Assembly (NCBI GenBank): GCA_947479535.1
Contig: CANJZQ010000001.1
Span: 78,324 to 142,323, forward strand
Reading direction: 5' to 3'
DNA length: 64,000 bases
Origin: Oligoflexales bacterium
GTDB taxonomy: Bacteria > Bdellovibrionota_B > Oligoflexia > Oligoflexales > RGVZ01
The notes under the pieces are model-generated. The model made no database searches and had not been told where the DNA came from. It was given only the letters and a program-made list of their open reading frames with translations. The translations under genes were made by a program, and so were the position numbers. This document shows positions 29,825 to 38,364 of this stretch, in pieces (within the stretch, counting starts at the first letter, position 1; each line of letters starts with the position of its first letter).

Positions 29825-31174
29825 ATGACGAAAATCAAAAAAACGTTTAAAAAACAGTCGGTTAAACCCGAAAAACGCCCCGGAAAAGTCACGCGCCGCA
29901 CGGTCGGCGGGGGGAGTGTGGATGTTCCTGCCCCCGTTTTGCGCGCCTGGCAGGAACTTTCCGGGATTCGAGACCCCGCCAAAGCAGCCGTCAATGCTGC
30001 CAAATTTCGTCAGCTCTGGCGCATCTTTACTAGCGGCCGGGAACGGATTTCGCCAGAACTTCTGCAGGATCCAGGTGCGGCAGAAGCCTATATCACAGGG
30101 TTTCATCTTCCCAACGCAGCCCGGGCGGCTTTGTTGTGCCGGCGCATTGCGCAACGCGTCGGCATCGCCCCAGGTGCAAAGCCAGGCGTCGGTTCTGGAG
30201 TGCGCCTTGGCGACTGGCTGGGCAAGTATTTCAACCATCAGCGCATTTTTGATCTTGGTTGCGGCTCTGGTGCCTGGTCTCAGGTGTGGTTGTCAGAGGT
30301 ACGCCTGAAGCGCAACGCTGTGCATTTGATCGATACGAGTCCGTCGTTGCTGGAAATGGCGGCGAAGGGAATCGCGCATGTTCGTGCCAGCATGGGACGG
30401 GACGCGGCGCTATACGTCGAGACAGTGGCCAAGGAAATTGGTCAGATTGATTTCGCACAGTTCGATGCTCCCAAAGAGGCTCAGAAAGATAATCAGCTGC
30501 AACGAAATGAGACTCCAGACAAGAGCCTTGATGTTTATATTCTTGGTTATGTTTGGAACGAATTGATCGATGACCGGGCCGGAAGAAACCGCATTTTAGC
30601 CCGGCTTGATGCCTGCCGCACGGGGAAGCGCAATGCCCTTTTATTGCTGGCTGAACCTGCAACGGATGAATTTGCTTGGGATGCAATGGCTCTGCGAGAT
30701 CAGTTGTGTGCTGCGGGTTGGGTTGCAATCTATCCGTGCCCGACTGGGGCCCGGGCCTGCCCAATGCTGAACGCAGAAGGTGGTGTTCGTGACTGGTGCT
30801 TCAGTGAAGGCGGCTGGCGAAAACCTGAAGAGTACATGAAGCTCGAAGAGGATACTGGCATCGCACACAACAAAATAAATTCAGCGATATTTGCCCTGGC
30901 GTCTCCTGAGTTTGCGCGACAGTTGCCAAAAATGTCTCCGTCTTTAAGTGAGCAGTCCCAAGTCGTGGTTGGTAAACCATCGGTTCCCGGTGGACGACCA
31001 GGCCGTGAAAAAGGTTTCAGTTACCTGCTCTGCACGCCTCAAGGCTTGGTGAAGACTGCCCCAAAACGAATTGAGATCAAGTTTGCAAAACCGAGAGGCT
31101 CCACCGTGTCCTCAGCGGCCAGGCCTGTGCAGGGAAAAGGGGCTGGCAACGGTTGCAAGGAGTCGGATGAGTGA
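29825..31174 (+). CDS. Rsm22-like SAM-dependent methyltransferase
   Basis: 449 aa. SAM motif IFDLGCGSGAWSQVW and the Cys cluster YPCPTGARACPML...DWCFSEGGW characteristic of the Rsm22/COG5459 family. Basic N- and C-termini. Confidence 0.55.
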   Translation: MTKIKKTFKKQSVKPEKRPGKVTRRTVGGGSVDVPAPVLRAWQELSGIRDPAKAAVNAAKFRQLWRIFTSGRERISPELLQDPGAAEAYITGFHLPNAARAALLCRRIAQRVGIAPGAKPGVGSGVRLGDWLGKYFNHQRIFDLGCGSGAWSQVWLSEVRLKRNAVHLIDTSPSLLEMAAKGIAHVRASMGRDAALYVETVAKEIGQIDFAQFDAPKEAQKDNQLQRNETPDKSLDVYILGYVWNELIDDRAGRNRILARLDACRTGKRNALLLLAEPATDEFAWDAMALRDQLCAAGWVAIYPCPTGARACPMLNAEGGVRDWCFSEGGWRKPEEYMKLEEDTGIAHNKINSAIFALASPEFARQLPKMSPSLSEQSQVVVGKPSVPGGRPGREKGFSYLLCTPQGLVKTAPKRIEIKFAKPRGSTVSSAARPVQGKGAGNGCKESDE

Positions 31175-32906
31175 ATTGCGGTCTCAACGCCGCGTTTCTT
31201 TGATCAGAGCGTTGCGCCTGATGGGCACACTTTTTTCATTTTTTATCGTTTCCTGCGGTGGATCAGGTCAAGCACCTGTGGCTCCATCGCCCCCCGATAA
31301 CCCACAATTGCAGCCGGTGGTCCTTCCTGCCTACGCAACCCTTGACGTTATGGAAAGCAACAAGCTCGCGCGTCGCCTAGCGATTGAGCTCAATAACTCT
31401 TTGAATTTTACCAGCATTGAATCTGCAATCGCCTCCGAGGGAATCGTTGCAGGGGTCGACGCAGCAGTGGCTTCAACAAGGTTTCACGGTGCTGCCTCGG
31501 TATATGTCGGGCGGGCATTTGGGGTCGATGCCGCTGCTTTGTATGACCTCGATGTGATGGCTGGATCGGATGCGATGCTGTCGGCTTCTTTGAATAATCA
31601 AATGCGGTTTGCCATTGCTGGAGAGCCGGCACTTTCTGTGGAACGGTTGCTCGGCAACTCCGCGTCAACCTTTGGTGATCTGTTCTCAGGAAACGCAACC
31701 GTGATGGATCCCGCGGCGGCCACCTTGTGGGGGTTGACGGGCTCTCCGGCCTGGTCGGGACGGCCAGAACTTTACACATCGTATTCTGACAATCGTCCTC
31801 GACTGGGGCTAGTGTCGTCCCAGTCTTTTCTGGCATCGTCCGCACGGCTCGGTGGTTCGGTTGACCATCCTGACTCTCGTCCCGGAACCAACGTGATCGA
31901 GCGACTGCGATGCATGTCATGGAACAACCCTGGAGCTCATGACTTCAGCGTCGTGGACGGAAGTCTGGTCTCCGCCAGTGGTTTGGCTGGGCTGCAAAGT
32001 AGCTCTTCGGCATGCGCCGCATGCCATTCAGGCATCAAATCTGCAGGAATTTCCTTGCTTGGCCTTGGCAATCGGGGCGGAATCAATCAATACAAAACTT
32101 ATGACGAATCCGCTGGTGCCACGTGGCCATCAACATGGTTTGGCCGGAGCGTCTCGTCTTGGAACTCGCTTTCCTCTGCTATTTCAGGTGATGAGGCCGT
32201 TCAAAGTTGCGTGACCCAGAGGGTTTTTGAGGCGATTGCCCAGCGTCCTGCAAACTACGGGCGCGATATTCCACGTATGTCGATGGTTGCTTCGACACTC
32301 GCATCGACGGGATTCAAGCTCACTGATTGGTTGCTGGCAATCCTTCAATCTCCGGCGACGACGTCAGGCCCGACCCTCAGAACCAGCAAAGTTTCCCAGC
32401 TTGAGGGACTCGTTGCGAAGGCTCGCTGGATCGATCCACGAAAGATGCTTGATGCCTTGGCAGAGGCTGCGCCCTTGGCAGCATCAGACATGAACACGAT
32501 TGCCTCCGAGCTTGATCCTGAGGAATTTCCTGGCCATGGAGCAACAGGCCGGTTTGTTCTACCCTTGGGCTACGCAGCTCAGATTACTGGAGTTGCTGAA
32601 GCGGCGGTCGTTGCCATCGTAGCCCGCGAATTTGCTGCTGGTGTCGGGCAAAGTCAAAGATCTGTGTTCAGTGGTGTGGCAGATGCTGCGAATTTTACCT
32701 CAGATGAAGCAGAGGCAGAATCAGCGCGCATTTGGAAAGAATGGACCGGCGAACAGCCGTCTGATGAACGAATATCGTCCCTCAGAGATCTTTACGATCT
32801 ATCTGTTGGGGCGTCTGTTTCCGGCAGCGCAGCCGGTCGCACAAAAGATGGGATGGCCGCAGTTCTTGCATCGATTCTAATCAGTCCCTATTTTTTGTCT
32901 TATTGA
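31167..32906 (+). CDS. Lipoprotein with a single CxxCH heme-binding motif (DUF1585/1588- or DUF1549/1553-like; family uncertain)
   Basis: The start ATG at 31167 overlaps the upstream stop (ATGAGTGA). Signal plus lipobox LFSFFIVS|CGG. Motif SSSACAACHSGIK. 579 aa. Confidence 0.6.
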   Translation: MSELRSQRRVSLIRALRLMGTLFSFFIVSCGGSGQAPVAPSPPDNPQLQPVVLPAYATLDVMESNKLARRLAIELNNSLNFTSIESAIASEGIVAGVDAAVASTRFHGAASVYVGRAFGVDAAALYDLDVMAGSDAMLSASLNNQMRFAIAGEPALSVERLLGNSASTFGDLFSGNATVMDPAAATLWGLTGSPAWSGRPELYTSYSDNRPRLGLVSSQSFLASSARLGGSVDHPDSRPGTNVIERLRCMSWNNPGAHDFSVVDGSLVSASGLAGLQSSSSACAACHSGIKSAGISLLGLGNRGGINQYKTYDESAGATWPSTWFGRSVSSWNSLSSAISGDEAVQSCVTQRVFEAIAQRPANYGRDIPRMSMVASTLASTGFKLTDWLLAILQSPATTSGPTLRTSKVSQLEGLVAKARWIDPRKMLDALAEAAPLAASDMNTIASELDPEEFPGHGATGRFVLPLGYAAQITGVAEAAVVAIVAREFAAGVGQSQRSVFSGVADAANFTSDEAEAESARIWKEWTGEQPSDERISSLRDLYDLSVGASVSGSAAGRTKDGMAAVLASILISPYFLSY

Positions 32907-32915
32907 AGGGAGCTT

Positions 32916-34175
32916 GTGATGATCCAAAAAAAAATCATGAGCTACGGTCGATCGATTCACGGCTTGGCGATTTCGTTCACCCTCGCGATGGCTGTTATTT
33001 TTGCTGCTGAGAGTGCATCGGGCGATTCCGGGCCAAAGGTTTTTTTGCATCTGATTTGCGATGGTGGAATCGATCCGGCAATGGTTTTTGAATGGAAGGG
33101 CGCAGGCAGCAATTCATTTGCAGCCGAGCCAGGATCCATAAAGCGAACGTCTCTCTCTGGCCTTGTTCATGTTTCACATCCTGCCCGGCCATCGGTCGAC
33201 AGTTTTTTTGATCAATGGGGAAACAAGTCGGCCGTTTTGAACGGAGTCGGTACGTCTGATCTTGGTGCGCATGCCGTCTACGGGTCGGCACTCGAGTTGG
33301 AGTTGTCGGGAAAAAGAAAAGTCTGGCTTTCAACCTATGCCGAAGATTTTGGAAAAGGAAGGCCTGCGCCCGTTATCGCGTTTCCTGGAATCAGGCTGGA
33401 GGCATCACCAGAAGAACTGGCGCTGATTGGACGAGTTCCAGCGAACCTCTTGACGACAAGTCCGGCTGCATCGAGTTTCCCGGGATCTGTACGAGAACGG
33501 TTATTTCGTGATCTCAGGGTCGATTACACTTCCCTGGCATCGTTGATTCGGTCTGGCAGCGGGGATGCGATCAAAGTCAGAGGTTATGATAAACAATTTC
33601 GGATGCAGCAGGTCTTTGAGGCCAGCATTCCCGGATATGTCAACTCGGTTCACAACGCGGCTCAGCCCGATTTCGTGAATCAGGCGAAAGTCGCCTTGGA
33701 AATGTTTTCTTCCGGAAAGAGCTTGGCTGCAATGGTGAGGGTTGGCGGCAGGTCCTCTTGGGCTTCGTCCTCGTCCCATTTTTTGACTCAGTCGGCCGCT
33801 ATTGAGAATCTATTCGATGGCCTCGATGAAATTCTGAATCACGCCTATGGCAGCGGACTGCAAACGAAACTGGTTCTTGTTGTGTCCGGGGCTTATGGCA
33901 GGACGCCTTGGTTGAATGCGGCGGGTGGAAAGGATCCTTGGCCGGTATCAAGCATGATGTTCTGGGGCAATGGCCTTCGCAGTGGCGTCACCGGCGGCAC
34001 TGATGATGTGGGGCGTGGCATCAAGATTGATCCCCGTTTCGGAACGACAACAGGTGACACAATTTCGCTGAATTTTCAAAATGCGTATGCCTCGATGCTT
34101 TTTCACGCTGGAGCAAACTACAAAAAGTGGACGTCCGCGTTGCCTGTTTCAGGTTTGCTTGGGGGAAATCAATGA
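32916..34175 (+). CDS. DUF1501-like (sulfatase/phosphatase-fold) exported protein
   Basis: 419 aa with a Sec-type signal and no twin-arginine. The N-terminal KVFLHLICDGGIDPAMVF and C-terminal YGRTPWLNAAGGKDPWPVSSMMFWGNGLRSGVTGGTDDVG follow the DUF1501 pattern (GG.D ... GRTP..N..GRDHW ... GGG.K.G...G.TD) by eye. Confidence 0.5.
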   Translation: MMIQKKIMSYGRSIHGLAISFTLAMAVIFAAESASGDSGPKVFLHLICDGGIDPAMVFEWKGAGSNSFAAEPGSIKRTSLSGLVHVSHPARPSVDSFFDQWGNKSAVLNGVGTSDLGAHAVYGSALELELSGKRKVWLSTYAEDFGKGRPAPVIAFPGIRLEASPEELALIGRVPANLLTTSPAASSFPGSVRERLFRDLRVDYTSLASLIRSGSGDAIKVRGYDKQFRMQQVFEASIPGYVNSVHNAAQPDFVNQAKVALEMFSSGKSLAAMVRVGGRSSWASSSSHFLTQSAAIENLFDGLDEILNHAYGSGLQTKLVLVVSGAYGRTPWLNAAGGKDPWPVSSMMFWGNGLRSGVTGGTDDVGRGIKIDPRFGTTTGDTISLNFQNAYASMLFHAGANYKKWTSALPVSGLLGGNQ

Positions 34176-34618
34176 CCCTGTGGAATAAATTTAAACTCAA
34201 ATTAATTCCCGCATCGATATTAACCACAGCGATCGGTATGTTCGTTCAACTGATCGTTTCCTGTGGTGGCGCCAGCGCACCAGATCCCGATGATCCGACC
34301 GCAATGAACCCAAATAAACCACTTCCCGTGCCAACGTCTCTTAATTGCCCTGCGGGAACAAACCTCTCCTACGAAAACTTTGGTGCGCAGTTTCTTCGTC
34401 GTTACTGCAGCGGTTGTCATTCAAGCAATCTGACTGCTGCGGATCGTCAGGGAGCACCCGATTCTGTTAACTTTGATTCTGCAGCTGATGCCGTTTCCCT
34501 TCGTATTGAAATGATACGATCTGCTGCGGCAGATGACGGGAGCATGCCTCCTGGAGTCACCATTCTGAAAGATGAACGGGCACTGTTCCGTGAGTGGCTC
34601 AACTGCGGCGCGCCGTGA
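34172..34618 (+). CDS. Small lipoprotein c-type cytochrome (planctomycete-cytochrome PSCyt1-like)
   Basis: The ATG at 34172 overlaps the upstream stop (ATGA). Lipobox QLIVS|CGG. Heme motif YCSGCHSS. The C-terminal DGSMPPG...ALFREWLNCGAP resembles the PSCyt1 tail (MPP...WI..GA). 148 aa. Confidence 0.55.
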   Translation: MTLWNKFKLKLIPASILTTAIGMFVQLIVSCGGASAPDPDDPTAMNPNKPLPVPTSLNCPAGTNLSYENFGAQFLRRYCSGCHSSNLTAADRQGAPDSVNFDSAADAVSLRIEMIRSAAADDGSMPPGVTILKDERALFREWLNCGAP

Positions 34619-34652
34619 ATCCATTTTAGATGGCTGGGAAGATCCTTCGCTG

Positions 34653-34748
34653 GCGCTCAGGATGACGACGCGCTCAGGATGACGACGCGCTCAGGATGAC
34701 GACGGCCTCAGGATGACGACGCGCTCAGGATGACGACGTGCTCAGGAT
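34653..34748. repeat. 17-bp direct tandem repeat, 5 full units plus an 11-nt partial unit (consensus GCGCTCAGGATGACGAC)
   Basis: Units lie at 34653, 34670, 34687, 34704 (variant GGCC...) and 34721. A partial unit GTGCTCAGGAT at 34738-34748 contains the stop codon (34742-34744) of the minus-strand pseudouridine synthase gene. The array fills the convergent intergenic gap. Confidence 0.95.
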
Positions 34749-35719
34749 CTTGATGAAAAATTCGCCGCCTTCAGGAATTCCAGAAAGTTGATTGGCAGGG
34801 GAGCCTCTAGCTTCACTGGTTTTTCTTTGTTGGCCGGGATAAACGTGAGGCGAAAAGCGTGCAGAAAATGATGTACTGCCGCAAGTGATTCCAGGGCCGG
34901 CGGCATGGGTATTTTACCAGGCTGATATTTTTTATCCCCAATGATTGGGAATCCCTTGCTCGCCAGGTGCACTCGTATCTGGTGACTCCGTCCAGTCTCC
35001 GGGCGACATCGGATCAAGGATAACCCTAGGGCCTTGTTTGATTCGATGACTTCAAAGGCAGTTTTTGATGGCTTGCCTCCCGAGCGCACCACGGTGACGT
35101 TGCCGGTTCTTTTGTCGATTGGTGAAAGAAAGCATTCCACCGTGAATTTTTTCTCGTGCGGTATTCCAGAACACAAAGCCAGATACTCTTTTTCCACCGT
35201 ACGACTACGGAACTGGTCCGTTAGAAAAGTGACGGACTCCGCGGCTGTGGCCAGCAACACGACGCCGCTGGTTTCCTTGTCCAGCCGGTGAACCAAAAAA
35301 ACTTTTGCATTTGGTTGGCCCTTGGTAGCCAGGTATTTCTTTACTGCGGCTTCGAGGTGGACGACAGACTGGTCTCGCGTGGCCTGGGTTGGCAGGCCTG
35401 GCGGCTTGTTTATTGCAATGACGTGATGATGATCAAACAGAAGGTCTGATGGCTGGATCTCGTGTTCGCGCTTTTTGATGCGCTTGAGATTTTCCAGGCT
35501 GTATTGCATCTCGATGGTGTCGCCCGGATTCACTGGACGAGAGGCAATTCTTGCGCGTTTGCGATTGATGTAAACGCCACCGGCATCAATAACCTCTCTT
35601 ATTTTGCGTTTGGATAATTCAACCCCCTGAAGGGCAATGAATTGATCAAGGCGCATGCCGGCGAAATCATCTTTTACCTTGAAACGATGGATATTCATGT
35701 TTTTCGAAGTTTCATGCAA
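34742..35719 (-). CDS. RluA-family pseudouridine synthase with N-terminal S4 domain (RluD-like)
   Basis: 325 aa. S4-like RLDQFIA...GGVYINRKRA and the catalytic HRLDKETSGVVLLA. Confidence 0.88.
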   Translation of the reverse strand: MHETSKNMNIHRFKVKDDFAGMRLDQFIALQGVELSKRKIREVIDAGGVYINRKRARIASRPVNPGDTIEMQYSLENLKRIKKREHEIQPSDLLFDHHHVIAINKPPGLPTQATRDQSVVHLEAAVKKYLATKGQPNAKVFLVHRLDKETSGVVLLATAAESVTFLTDQFRSRTVEKEYLALCSGIPHEKKFTVECFLSPIDKRTGNVTVVRSGGKPSKTAFEVIESNKALGLSLIRCRPETGRSHQIRVHLASKGFPIIGDKKYQPGKIPMPPALESLAAVHHFLHAFRLTFIPANKEKPVKLEAPLPINFLEFLKAANFSSRS

Positions 35720-36692
35720 AGGGTGGGAGCATGAGAGCCTGATCGCGCGGCACCCACTCTTCCTGACGTGATTTCAAATAATCACAGAGGTCGTTCAGAG
35801 TCTTGGTCAGAGCTCCACTACGCGCTTTTTGCTGTAGCAGGCTGAATAAGGCCAAGCCCAGATGGGCGGGGTTGTATCCAGCGGTAACCTTCACGAAGCA
35901 GGTGGCAGAAACCTCGCCGGATGATCCATCCGGGAGCGTGTGAACTGCCAAAAGGCCATCGGCACCTTCTTTGGCCAGGAGCCGTCCAGGGAGCGCTTCC
36001 ATGAGGTCCGAATCGAGACGCTTGATTCCCCCGATCAAGCGCGGATTTGCCAGCCAAAGGGCTTTCAGGTCGCCAACGCGCGGATCGTTGGATCGCGCCA
36101 TTTTTTCCCAAAGGCCAAGGTACCCATCCACCGACATGGCTGCCACGGGCAGGCCACAACTGTCGGTAAACCATTCCAGTCGTTCGCCCGCCTCACGGCC
36201 GACAAGGTTATAGACCTTCTTCTGCAGTGGATGGTCCGGGCTGAAGTAGGTATCGAGTGGAAAGTCGTGCTGGCGGCACGCAGCAAGCATCATGAGGTGC
36301 TTGCCTGAACAAGGATGCAGCAACCTAGTCTGAGACTCGCCGCGCATTCTCATTGCCACCGAAGCCACTGGATCCAAGGGCCACGAGCGTGGGCAAATAA
36401 GATCAGCCTCTCCGGCACCAGACCGTTCAGAGAGTGTCTTGAGCGCATCGATATGGGCTGGTTCGGCAGAATGGCTGGCAAACCCCATGGCCCAGAAGGC
36501 GTCCCGGGAGCCTATGTCAGCGGCAAGAAATTGCCATGGTTTGAGCAGGGATCTTGTTACAAATTGCATGTTCGTTGATGCATTGGAGAACGTGGCGCCG
36601 CCCGACTCTCGCAGTGCGACCATGCCTTGCACAGAGACTTCCGGCACGCCACTGCGAGCAAACATGAAGAGTGTAGGAAGTCGGTGAAGCAT
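35712..36692 (-). CDS. Asparaginase II family protein (Rhizobium AnsA type)
   Basis: 326 aa. TRSLLKPWQFL, ASHSAEPAH, EADLICP, HPCSGKHLMMLAA, YFSPDHPLQKKV, TDSCGLPVAA and AKEGADGLLAV align block-for-block with the PF06089-type asparaginase as I recall it. Confidence 0.75.
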   Translation of the reverse strand: MLHRLPTLFMFARSGVPEVSVQGMVALRESGGATFSNASTNMQFVTRSLLKPWQFLAADIGSRDAFWAMGFASHSAEPAHIDALKTLSERSGAGEADLICPRSWPLDPVASVAMRMRGESQTRLLHPCSGKHLMMLAACRQHDFPLDTYFSPDHPLQKKVYNLVGREAGERLEWFTDSCGLPVAAMSVDGYLGLWEKMARSNDPRVGDLKALWLANPRLIGGIKRLDSDLMEALPGRLLAKEGADGLLAVHTLPDGSSGEVSATCFVKVTAGYNPAHLGLALFSLLQQKARSGALTKTLNDLCDYLKSRQEEWVPRDQALMLPPFA

Positions 36693-36719
36693 GGATTATG
36701 CGATCCCTTGTTGGGCGGT

Positions 36720-37877
36720 TTACTGGTTGTTGCCGGAAAAATAGGGAGCGACCTTCTCGCTGAAAATGCGCATCTGTTGGCAAACAGCAGCCGAGTCCGA
36801 CTGGTTGAATTCAAACCATAACATGAGCCGGTCATCGTGGTGGAGGCGGCGGGGATTTTCTGGCGAAAGCTGTTCCCTGATTTCGTGTGGGTCACCAATT
36901 AGTGCACGGGACATAAGGACAGCTTTGTCAGGAACGGCGGCTGTTCCGCGCATTGCCTCGATATAGGTGTCAAAGCATTGGCTTGCGCGTTCATGGGCGC
37001 GTTGGCTGGATTCATCAATAAACGTGAGCAACGTGCGGGGCATGCGGCTGCGGTGCCAACTTCGGTCTGTGTTTTCGTAGCGGCGGTGCATGGCGTCATG
37101 CACGGCATCAATCTGGTCCGGGGCCGTGAAACTCAAATTGAAAATGTCGCAATCCGCCCATTGAAGGGCAGTGTCTTGCGCCAGGGGATCGTGGGAACCA
37201 AGGACAAAGGTTGTTCGAAGCAAGTCTTGGTCCGATAGTTTTGGGACCAGCATCATTTCGTCAAACTGCCACCTGGGTGCGTAAGGTGTGCCAGCATCAT
37301 CGATTGTGCGTCGGGTGATGTCCATCGAACTGATGGTCTGTCCTTGGAAGAGGCGCAAGAAAATCTCGGACGCCTCGCACAGGATCAACCGCGAGTATGT
37401 TTGCCAATGTTTCGCCTCAAGGTCGTTTCGGGGGGTGATTCCAAAAGGACGATTGATGAATGGGAAGCGACCCGAAGCGATACCAATGTTGAGGCTGCGC
37501 GGCCGGTCTGCGAACTGGTTCAAAAATGCCAGCGACCGAATTCGGTCTGCGGCGGCGATGGGTCCGCCATTTCCGCCAACGATATTGTAGATGGCAGTTC
37601 CGAAAGCGATTTGTTTGGTTTTCGATATGATGATTTGGGCAAGTTGAGCCGAGTCACAGTTGAGTCCAACTTCGCCCTGATAATGAGGAATAACAGGCAT
37701 TTGGTGGCGTTTTTGGACTTCGCTGGAGAAGTGGGATTCCGCGACCCAAATTGTTCCGTAGCCAAGGGTATCAGCCAAACGCAGCTGCTCAAAAAAGCCT
37801 TCAAAGACCTCGCGGTCTGAGAGTTTTATGGGCAGCGAGTCGATGCGCCCGATGGAATGAAAAACATCAAATTTCAT
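36720..37877 (-). CDS. LLM-class (luciferase-like) flavin-dependent oxidoreductase
   Basis: 385 aa. N-terminal MKFDVF...LADTLGYGTIWVAESHFS is typical of the bacterial luciferase family. Confidence 0.65.
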   Translation of the reverse strand: MKFDVFHSIGRIDSLPIKLSDREVFEGFFEQLRLADTLGYGTIWVAESHFSSEVQKRHQMPVIPHYQGEVGLNCDSAQLAQIIISKTKQIAFGTAIYNIVGGNGGPIAAADRIRSLAFLNQFADRPRSLNIGIASGRFPFINRPFGITPRNDLEAKHWQTYSRLILCEASEIFLRLFQGQTISSMDITRRTIDDAGTPYAPRWQFDEMMLVPKLSDQDLLRTTFVLGSHDPLAQDTALQWADCDIFNLSFTAPDQIDAVHDAMHRRYENTDRSWHRSRMPRTLLTFIDESSQRAHERASQCFDTYIEAMRGTAAVPDKAVLMSRALIGDPHEIREQLSPENPRRLHHDDRLMLWFEFNQSDSAAVCQQMRIFSEKVAPYFSGNNQ

Positions 37878-37992
37878 GCTGCGTTCCTATCCCTGCTGGT
37901 TTGCGCTGTCAAGAATACTGCCTTGGCAGGAAAACTGCAGCGGGAGCTTGTCTATTGTGGAGGTCCCCGTGGCAAAGGCGGAACCAGGTAAA

Positions 37993-38364
37993 ATGCTGGT
38001 GATCGATGATGATCCTGCCTTTGGCCAGATCATGAAAGCCCTTGCTGCAGCGCGTGGCATCCAATGTGACTGGGTACCATCCCTTGAATCACTAGGTCGG
38101 GTCGGCAGGGTAGGCGATTACGATTTGGCTATTTTGGACTACTTTCTTGAAAAATTCACTGGCGGTGAGATTGCCGAATACGTTGATGTCTTTTTTTCTG
38201 ACATCCCTGTGGTCATCGTGAGCAGCCGGCCAGACATTCATGCTCAGCAGCGAAAGTGGCCAAAATGCGTCCGGCTTTTTGTCGATAAAGCCACTGGAGC
38301 CAGATCGATTATGGATCTGGCCCTCAGTTTGTTCAGTGGATCCCGTGCCGGGCGTAGCTCTTGA
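37993..38364 (+). CDS. Single-domain response regulator (CheY-like receiver)
   Basis: MLVIDDDPAFGQI...YDLAILDYFL...PVVIVSS...VDKA. The start is set at the internal ATG. The track ORF begins at 37876. The 3' end overlaps the nuoI 3' end convergently by 32 nt. Confidence 0.55.
   Translation: MLVIDDDPAFGQIMKALAAARGIQCDWVPSLESLGRVGRVGDYDLAILDYFLEKFTGGEIAEYVDVFFSDIPVVIVSSRPDIHAQQRKWPKCVRLFVDKATGARSIMDLALSLFSGSRAGRSS

Noticed and set aside
28835-30238. The 467-aa ORF suggesting a much longer LipA, and the 367-aa ORF (27955-29058) suggesting a longer acyltransferase.
   Set aside because: The N-terminal extensions have no similarity to the families, overlap the neighbouring genes, and contain no ATG. 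In-frame starts with RBS at 29749 (GTG) and 28824 (ATG) give normal-length proteins.
34653-34748. The tandem array as a CRISPR locus.
   Set aside because: The units abut each other with no spacers. The unit is only 17 bp. No cas genes are in the window.
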